The translations under genes were made by a program, and so were the position numbers. 64,000 nucleotides of DNA, taken from Octopus sinensis. Taxonomy: Eukaryota. The stretch lies in assembly GCF_006345805.1 (NCBI RefSeq), contig NC_043019.1, positions 32,115,360 to 32,179,359 on the forward strand, written 5' to 3'. Position 1 is the first letter of the stretch. Every line of letters begins with the position of its first letter. Of the stretch, positions 54,890-64,000 are shown in pieces. The notes beneath the pieces were generated by a model, which saw only the letters and a program-made list of their open reading frames with translations, was not told the origin of the DNA and did no database searches.

Positions 54890-55085
54890 CGTCCAATCAT
54901 TGGCCGCAGCTATCTGGCTATAAAGACTATTCAACAAAACTGCACACACGCACGCACGTAGTTATCCGCCAGCGGTCGCCAAGATCATCAGTATAGTCGA
55001 AGTCAGAAAGATTTTTAGGCTCTGCTTGATGATCGCTTCTAGTTGATGGTGAGGCTGTTGTCTTGGATAGGAGTCAAGAGTAAGT
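54890..55085 (+). promoter_or_regulatory. Candidate Pol II core promoter and first exon
   Basis: CCAAT (54893) overlapping inverted ATTGG (54899), TATAAAGA (54919), unique CpG-containing sequence, and a consensus donor GTAAGT at 55080. Confidence 0.4.
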
Positions 55086-55409
55086 CCATTACATTTTCAA
55101 AGAGAAAAGGACCTAGCATGCCTCCTTGTAGGAGTCTTGCTGTTGTTCGAAATACATCGTTAACATACATCTATATCTAAGATTATATATATTAAAAAAG
55201 ATTTTCGTTTTATGTTCGTCTCTGTTGCGTTGCATTCTTTCCTTCTGTGGCTGGCTGATTCAGAGCGGATCTCATAATTAAACAGCCGAAATCCGCGATG
55301 AGGAATCAGTTTCTGACTGAAGAACGAAGGCTTTGAATGACCCGTTTGTCTTTTTGTTCGTCCCTTCGTGTATTTCACGTTATTTATTTATGTAAAGGTT
55401 TATTTTATC

Positions 55410-55444
<35 letters not shown>

Positions 55445-56431
55445 TATATATATATTATATATATATATATATATATATTGGTAACATTAGCTTTCGAAGC
55501 ATATTACATAAAGCTACAAATAATAACTTGTAAATATTGATTGCATTCGACTTTTTTTTCTGTCTTAAAGGGTTTTTCGGCCCAGTATCTATATGCGATT
55601 TATAAGCTTTATGTGATGTTCCTCGAGAAAGCCAACTTTCCCAAAAATAATTGTTTCACGTTCTCCCGATAGTTTATAAAATTCTTGTGTCATCTATAAT
55701 ACATGTGCTTGTGCGCGTGCATGCATATATATGTGTGTGTGTGCGTTTGTTGCTTTTTTTTTTTTGTTATACTAAAACAATTTTCTATTAATCTGACGGG
55801 TTACTCTATACTTTTTTAGAGTATAGATTAACCCGAAAATATTGACTGTGACTTCGTTGGCCGAAACTTCGAGGTCACTGTCAGTTACATTCTTGTCAAA
55901 GAAATATACACAAAGATATAAATATATATATATATATACGCAGGCACACACGTCTGAGTAAACAAAAACAAAATATCCGATACATATTCTGTTTTTAGGG
56001 GCTGATGTTGTAGACGCTTAATTACTCTTATGATAATATAAAGTGTGGCCCTCTTGGGTTAATATGGTAAGAGAGGGCGAAAGATTAGCCCCTCCTCCTA
56101 GAAATCTTTTCGGAATTGAAATGATGAGGCAGGTGCGAGATATGAGTGAGAGGCGGTGGGTATGCAGGCGCGGAGGTGCTCTGAATGTTGTATGATTGTG
56201 TATACATGTGTGTGTATGTGTGTGTGTGTGTGTGTGGCAGGAAGGAAGGAAGGAGGGGTTAAATAGATGGAATTAGTTAGGGTTGACTTGCAGTGGATTG
56301 AACTGTGCCAAATGTGTGTCTGTGTGTATGGTTCACGCTGTGTGAGTCTGTTAGGATTTATTAAAGCATATTGGCGCTGTTAATAAACAGTTAGTCTTTT
56401 ATAATGTGTCCGTTCATTCATACATACAATA

Positions 56432-56620
56432 TATATGCTATTAAGCTAGACATGGCCTGGACCAATCTTGGTCGAAACATATCTATATATGTATATAGCT
56501 ATATACTAAGCAATAAAGGGTTAGCAACTGAATTGCCTTACAATAACCGAATTTAGAAATAGCAGTCAAAGATTATAGCTATTCTTCTACTAAAAAAGGG
56601 AGATCTCAGTAAAAACAGCA

Positions 56621-56676
<56 letters not shown>

Positions 56677-58016
56677 AGGAGTGGCTGTGTGGTAAGTAGC
56701 TTGCTTACCAACTACATGGTTCCGGGTTCAGTCCCACTGCGTGCATCTTGGGCAAGTGTTCTTCTGCTATAGCCCCGGGCCGACCAATGCCTTGTGAATG
56801 GATTTGGTAGACAGAAACTGAAAGAAGCCTGTCGTATATATGTATATATATATATGCATGTGTGTTTGTTTGTGTGTCTGTGTTTGTCCCCCTAGCATTG
56901 CTTGACAACCGATGCTGGTTGTGTTATGTCCCCGTTACTTAGCGGTTCGGCAAAGAGACGATAGAATAAGTACTGGGCTTACAAAAAGAATAAGTTCCGG
57001 GGTCGAGTTGCTCGATTAAAGCGGGTGCTCCAGCATGGCCGCAGTCAAATGACGACTGAAACAGTAAAAGAGTAAAGAGTATATATGCTATAAGTTAGAC
57101 ATGGCCTGGACCAACTTTGGTCGAAACATATCTAATAAATATATATATTAGGAGTGGCTGTGTGGTAAGTAGCTTGCTTACCAACCACATGGTTCCGGGT
57201 TCAGTCCCACTGCGTGGCACCTTGGGCCAGTGTCTTCTACTATAGCCTCGGGCCGACCAAAGCCTTGTGAGTGGATTTGGTAGACGGAAACTGAAAGAAG
57301 CCCGTCGTATATATATGTATATATATATATATGTGTGTGTGTCTGTGTTTGTCCCCCCCCCAACATCGCTTGACAACCGATGCTGGTGTGTTTATGTCCC
57401 CGTACTTAGCGGTTCGGCAAAAGAGACCGATAGAATAAGTACTGGGCTTACAAAAAGAATAAGTTCCGGGGTCGAGTTGCTCGATTAAAGGCGGTGCTCC
57501 AGCATGGCCGCAGTCAAATGACTGAAACAAGTAAAAGAGTAAAGAGTATATATGCTATTAAGTTAGACATGGCCTGGACCAATCTTTGGTCGAAACATAT
57601 CTAATAAATATATATATTAGGAGTGGCTGTGTGGTAAGTAGCTTGCTTACCAACCACATGGTTCCGGGTTCAGTCCCACTGCGTGGCACCTTGGGCCAGT
57701 GTCTTCTACTATAGCCTCGGGCCGACCAAAGCCTTGTGAGTGGATTTGGTAGACGGAAACTGAAAGAAGCCCGTCGTATATATATATGTATATATATATA
57801 TATGTGTGTGTGTCTGTGTTTGTCCCCCCCCCAACATCGCTTGACAACCGATGCTGGTGTGTTTACGTCCCCGAAACTTGGCAGTTCGACAAAAGAGACC
57901 GATAGAATAAGTACTAGGCTTACAAAGAATAAGTCCTGGAGTCGGTTTGCTCGACTAAAGGTGGTGCTCCAGCATGGCCACAGTCAAAATGATTGAAACA
58001 AGTAAAAGAGTAAAGA

Positions 58017-58020
<4 letters not shown>
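56432..58020 (+). repeat. Tandem triplication of SINE A plus unique flank (~466-bp unit)
   Basis: Flank tatgctaYtaagYtagacatggcctggaccaa...gtcgaaacatatcta precedes each of three SINE copies. Confidence 0.85.
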
Positions 58021-58054
<34 letters not shown>

Positions 58055-58317
58055 GGCGGGGTGCTAAATGGTTGTTGGCTTTAAGGGTATCGCAAAGGAC
58101 CTGGTTGGAGGCCCAACCTTCCGAGTTCTTTCACAGGTTTAGAAAAACCGAAAGTCCACTGCCAATTAATGTGTAATTATCTGAGAGGGGTATATGTTGA
58201 ATAAAATCATAATTAACTGATCCCCCTGTATTTTTATTTTACCCAAAACCAGGAACTTTCCAGTGTACCGTTGGCGATTTTTTTCCTCTGTCTTCCCTTC
58301 TCTGGATCTTTCCTTCT

Positions 58318-58352
58318 GTTTCCGACGAAGAGCTCCGCTCGAAACGTTAAAC
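58318..58352 (+). ncRNA. Minimal hammerhead motif (CCGACGA core variant)
   Basis: gttt-CCGACGA-a-gagc-tcc-gctc-GAAA-cg-TT-aaac, same host repeat as 9050-9245. Confidence 0.5.
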
Positions 58353-58987
58353 CCTCCTTCTTTCCCGAGCGTCCAATAATACTATATTTCTTCCACGTAC
58401 TCGCGTTGTTGTTGTTTTTTTTTTGTGCTTCCTTGTTTGGATTAACTATATATATATATATATGTACATTTTTATTAATATTTAGCAGAAGCAACGGAGT
58501 GACTCAAGGCCCAAGTTCGGTTATTGGTCTATAGTGTTGGTATGAGGATACATCATCATTCAGCCTATCCTCTTTATCTATGTCATGAGGCAAGGGTATG
58601 TGGGTGAATGACGTGTAGAAAATGACGTGTACGAGCTGGCAGACACGTTAGCGCGCCGGGCGAAATGCTTCGCGGTATTTCGTCTGTCGTTACGTTCTGA
58701 GTTCAAATTCCGCCGAGGTCGACTTTGCCTTTCATCCTTTCGGGGTCGATTAATAAAGTACCAGTTTCGCAGTGCTTAGGATTTTTTTCAAGCCTGTTCT
58801 TATTCTAGAAGTCTTGGGAGGGGGTGCGAACCACTAAGTTATGGGGACGTAAGCAAACCAACACCAGTTGCCAAGCGATAGCCACGCAGAGTTTGTTATA
58901 CGACGAACTTCTTTCAGTGTCCGCCTACGAATAAAATCCACTCGCAAGGCTTTGGCCTCGGCCCGAGGTTATATCTATATATCTATG

Positions 58988-59020
<33 letters not shown>

Positions 59021-59150
59021 GTTCAGCAGAATTTAGATTCAGATGAATATGGTACTAAAGTTAAAGTCACCAGAATTTGGTATGGTATTATCCATATAAA
59101 TCAAATGGGGTGATTATAATCAAAATAAGCAACAAGGATATCCAAGGTTG

Positions 59151-59238
59151 TGTGGTACAATCGTTTCATGCCACTTCATTTTATTAAACAACGTAAGTAT
59201 TACATCAGTTTTAAAATGTAGAGCAATCTTCAGCCACA
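59151..59238 (-). ncRNA. Type I hammerhead ribozyme with canonical core and long stem II
   Basis: Minus strand: tgtgg-CTGAAGA-[~60-nt hairpin]-GAA-ACGATTGT-A-ccaca. GUA cleavage triplet and self-complementary stem III. Confidence 0.7.
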
Positions 59239-59843
59239 TATAGAATTTTAAAAATTAAATAGACAATGTACATTTTTATACTTATTTCATTTGCCAACAT
59301 TACAAAGAGGGTAGATATATAGACAGAGAGGTTAATTTTATCATTAAGAACATAGTAGTAGAAGGTCCTTCTCCATCTGTAAATTTTTTTATCACTATAT
59401 CCACTATATATATATATATATATATAGTAGAAGAAAAAAAACTTGTCCAAAGTGGCGAAAGCAGACGGACTGAACGTCAAGGCCAATCTGGTCAGGGAAG
59501 CAAGCTTCTTCTCAACCACACTACAAAGCTAAAAGCCTTGCAAATGGAAATCGCACTACAAGAAGAAGAACAACAACAACAGCAGCAGTAGTAGTAGTAG
59601 TAAAAAGACGTCCGCATCTCATTAAAAAAGTCCATTTATTTTCTCCGTTTTTTTGTTCTTTGTTTGTTTCTCTCCCCCATCCATCCATTTCTTTCTCTCT
59701 CGTGCAAATCATGACTTTCTTCTTCTTCCCGTTATTTTCCACTGGTGCATGTTGGGATGGATAGAGAGAGATAAATTATTTCTCTTCGTTATCGTTCTCT
59801 CTCTCTTTCTTTTCTGTTTTTTTGTTTGTCTTTTCTTTTTTTT

Positions 59844-59882
<39 letters not shown>

Positions 59883-60014
59883 TGTAATGTTTGTACTTGT
59901 TTATTTAAATTTATTTATTTATTTATTTATTTATTTATCTTATCTTTCGTCTGTCGAGTTTAGGTACCCGGGTGGGTGGGTCAGTAGGTAGGTAGGTCGG
60001 TCGGTCGGTAGATA

Positions 60015-60224
60015 TGTTTGTATATATATGTATATAAATATATATATATATATGTGTGTGTGTGTATATGTGTGTGTGCGTGTGTGTGTGTGTGTCTATA
60101 TGTGTGTGTGCGTGTATGTATGTTTATATATGTGTGCGTGTGTATGTATATTTATATATATATGTGTGCGTGTGTTTATATGTATATATATGTGTGCGTG
60201 TGTTTGTATGTATATATGTGTGTG

Positions 60225-60257
<33 letters not shown>

Positions 60258-60369
60258 ATGTATATGTATATATATATGTGTGTGTATGTATATGTATATA
60301 TATGTGTGTATGTATATATATATATATGTGTGTATATATATGTGTGTATGTATATATATATGTGTGTGT

Positions 60370-60403
<34 letters not shown>

Positions 60404-60671
60404 ATGTGTGTGTATATATATGTGCGTGTGTATATATATATGTGTGTGTGTGTATGTATATGTATATATGTGTGTATATATATATATATATGTGTGTGTG
60501 TATGTATATGTATATATATATGTGTATGTATATATATATATATATATGTTGTGTGCGTCTCTGGGAGACAGACAGATCAAAGGCGAGATTCCTCTATGCT
60601 TTCTTTTTCTTTTTACCTTGGTTTAAATAACACAGTTTATGGTGGTGATGTGTTTGTGGTTGTTCTTCTTT

Positions 60672-60704
<33 letters not shown>

Positions 60705-60948
60705 GGTGAGGGGAGTAGCGGGTGTGGGGGGGGGAAACTGTTTAAGTCAAGTTCTTTTTGAAGAGCTTGTTACTAAAAACTACAAAGAACCCAGCTAATA
60801 AGATGAGGAGGAGGAGGTAGGAGACGAGAACTGACGGGGGCACCACACACACACAACACACACACACACATATATATATATACACATATATACACATATA
60901 TATATACACATATATAACATATATACACATATATACACATATATACAC

Positions 60949-60989
<41 letters not shown>

Positions 60990-61100
60990 CACATATGTAT
61001 ATACATACATACATACATACACATGCATGTTTATACATTACATATACATACAGGTATGTATATGTATACTGTGTATGTATATATATAATATACGCACACA
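60015..61100. repeat. TG/TA field followed by an inverted CA/TA field
   Basis: Direct inspection. Confidence 0.85.
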
Positions 61101-61108
61101 TACATGGT

Positions 61109-61294
61109 CCGGTGTGCGCACTCGCGCATCCGCGCTAGCTAGTGGTGACTAGTCGATCCTAGAACGACTACCTAGCCAAGTATAAATAAAACACACAAAA
61201 ACACAAATAAATTTTTTTAAACAAAATAAAACAAAAGCCCAAAGGATCGACTAGTTACGACTAGCTAGTGCGGATACGCGAGTGCGCGCACCGG
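61109..61294 (+). other. Unique CpG-rich 52-bp inverted repeat with 82-nt A-rich loop
   Basis: Arms 61109-61160 and 61243-61294 give 47 Watson-Crick pairs, 3 G-U, 1 C-A and 1 G-G on the + strand. Confidence 0.85.
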
Positions 61295-62339
61295 GACTAC
61301 TTTTCTGCAGTAGTATCCATACATGTGTATGTATGTATGTATGTATGTATGTGTGTGTATATATATATATATATGTGTGTGTGTTTCTTTGAAGATGCAA
61401 GATCATCATTTGTACCCCTACTGTAGAAAGTAGCTTCACGTTAGGTTTTTTAACAAGGAACAAAAGACGAAAATAAAATAAATATACACATATATATATA
61501 TACATATATACATATATACACACACATAAACAAAAACAAGAAGACCATACTGTCAAATATATTGCATATTTATCCACATTGTTCTGAATTGATCATGCGA
61601 TTGTTTGCTTTTAGAATGACGACAGGCCTGATCTGTCGAGTTGAACAACTCTACGGGTCAGTCTACGAGTGCTTGTGAATCAGCAATTCCGCCTACTGAG
61701 AGTGAAAGGGATTCAGAAAACGATAATAATATTTTTTATTATAAATGATCTTGACATGAAATATCCTTTTCATTCTGCTGTTGGTTTTATTGTCATTTAT
61801 TTACGGGTATCATACATTTTTATAGGTAAGATACTTTTCTAAGAACGAATTACGACTTATATAATATTGCTATTATGGGAAATTGCTGTTTTGCTTTACG
61901 AGCCGTCTCTAGAATTAACTCTTATATCGAGGCATTACTCAATGTATACACACAAACCTGGATCAACCATGTTGCATTTCGAACCTGAATGATTGATTGC
62001 CCAATAATACGCGGCGTGCTATATACAAGCTCGTCCGACTATTGTCTTATCAGAGACGTCTAACTTTTAATAGCTTACATTCAAAGCCTGTATATATATT
62101 AAATATTTCACTATCACTCGTTGGATTCCACCACCCATCCACCAATAACCAAGACAGTACACTATGTATTGTGTGTGTGTGTGTATTTTTTACTAGTTTC
62201 AACTCAAGAAGATCAGGGGCCATGGAAAACAATAATTTCAGAGAGATTGTCGTAACCAGGATTCAAATTTGGGGTCCTAACCACTAGATGATCGTCGTTT
62301 ATACATGCATTTTATGTGTGTGTATATATATATATGTTG

Positions 62340-62539
62340 ATTCGCTAGCTTCTGCACGCATTTTTTTTCTCTCCTTGTTTCTTTCCGTGTTTCTTTTCTG
62401 TGTATCTTTCTTTTGAAGAGCGTAGGCTCGAAACGTAAAAGACTTGTTTTATTTATATTCCTGAGCGCCATACTAATACAATTGTTTGTTTGTACTCCAC
62501 CTGCATTCGTCTTTTGTTTATTTTCATAAAGCTTCCCGC

Positions 62540-62607
<68 letters not shown>

Positions 62608-62833
62608 AAACCTTCTGTGACCCTTCTGTCCGGCAATCGCTATAATAGATCGGTAGCCACTACACACATTTTTTTCTCTCCTTGTTTTTCTTTGTGTGTC
62701 CCTTTCTGTAGAAGAGCGTAGGCTCGAAACGTGAAAGACTTTTTCCAATTCCTGAGCGTTATACTAATACATCTGTTTGTTTTGTACACCACTTGTCCTC
62801 GTCTTTTGCTTTGTTTTTTCGTGAGCTCTCCCT
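62340..62833 (+). mobile_element. Two tandem Penelope-like short repeats, each with a degenerate hammerhead
   Basis: gaagagcgtaggctcgaaacgtRaaagact in both. Homologous to 45228-45395 (-) and 13180-13340 (-, motif deleted). Confidence 0.6.
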
Positions 62834-63344
62834 ATATATATATATATATATAGATATATATATATATATTAAGGTATGTAGAAAAATACAACATGGACAA
62901 GAACGTATAACTCATAGAAGACGATACAATAAAAGACGATACGAGATATATATATAGCTCGATTTATTCGTGATCAGAGTTGTTCGTAAACCGAGGTTCT
63001 ACTGTACGAATGTATCTATATATGCATATATGTGTGTGTGGCAGAGAAAATAGCGACTCATGCCGTTTACTTCCTTCCTAATCTCACTAGCTTCGCCTTT
63101 ATTAACGGCGCTGGTGATTGTGGTGGCGTTAACGATGTTTGCACTGATACTTGTTATCATCAGTTCTGGTGGCTGCTAGTCGTAGATGGATGTGATAAAG
63201 AGAGAACGGAGGTGGGGCACGTATTAGTGCTTAATGTTGTTGTTAGTGGTGGGGGTTCTTTTTAATGGCTGTTTTCTTCAACCCTAGGTCAGCCCTGGCC
63301 AGGCGAAACTATCACTGTGCTCATTGTGAGTGGCTTCAGGCGCA

Positions 63345-63963
63345 GGCGTAGGAGTGGCTGTGTGGTAAGTAGCTTGCTTACTAACCGCATCGTTCCGGGT
63401 TCAGTCCCACTGCGTGGCACCTTGGGCAAGTGTCTTCTACTGTAATCCTTGTGAGTGGATTTGGTAGACGGAAACTGAAAGAAGCCCGTCGTATATATGT
63501 CTTTGGGTGTGTGTGTTTGTCGCCCCCCACCATCGCTTGACAACGATATGTTTACGTCCCCGTAACTTAGCGGTTCTGCAAAAGAGACCGATAGAATAAG
63601 TACTAGGCTTACAAAGAAATAAGTCCTAGGGTCGATTTGTTCGACTATAGGCGGTGCTACAGCATGGCCGTAATCAAATGACAAATAAAAGTATATTCTA
63701 TCGGTTATTTTGCCGAACCGCTAAGTTTTGGGGGCGTAAACACCCCCAGTTTCGTTTGTCAAGCGATAGTGAAGGGACAAACACAGACACATATACATAT
63801 GTACGACGGGCTTCTTTCACTTTCCATCTACCAAATTTCCATTCACAAGGCTTTGGTCGGCCCGAGGTTATAGTAGAAGACACTGCCCATGTTGTCACAC
63901 AATGGGACTGAACCCAGAACGATGTGGTTGTGAAACAAGCTGCCTTATCACACAGCCGCGCCT
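63345..63963. mobile_element. Two SINE A copies in inverted tail-to-tail orientation
   Basis: + copy 63345-63690, - copy 63695-63963. Confidence 0.85.
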
Positions 63964-64000
63964 GACTGGTTTATTTTATCGAACCCTGAATGATTGAAGG

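Noticed and set aside
59196-59208. 13-nt match to my recollection of miR-12 (agtattacatcag)
   Set aside because: The 5' end and 3' half do not match and it spans a hairpin loop. It is better explained as the complement of the hammerhead stem II.
61615-61831. Possible exon (ttttAG...tatAG|GTAAGA) with a 20-bp hairpin at 61624-61663
   Set aside because: The 5' part is a diverged copy of the piggyBac-like MITE, all frames contain stops, and the pyrimidine tract before the second AG|GT is weak.

Overview
AT-rich eukaryotic genomic DNA saturated with microsatellites. Its SINE families look like those I recall from Octopus (inference, not a database result). I found no credible protein-coding exon. 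Almost all ORFs in the supplied track are translated (TA)n/(CA)n/(TG)n repeats or SINE sequence. The window is dominated by at least five SINE-like families, two non-autonomous Helitrons, mariner- and piggyBac-type MITEs, a decayed mariner transposase, 3' fragments of an RTE-like LINE ending in C2H2 fingers, minisatellites and a 100-N gap. The most interesting signal is a set of type I hammerhead-ribozyme motifs in several unrelated short Penelope-like repeats next to (TA)n tracts. One has an intact canonical core with a long stem II (59151-59238, minus strand). One carries a compensatory G3-C8 core swap (9623-9673, minus strand). Also notable are a candidate recursive splice site (26726/26727), a unique CpG-rich 52-bp RNA-like stem (61109-61294) and a CCAAT/TATA promoter with a first-exon donor (about 54890-55085).
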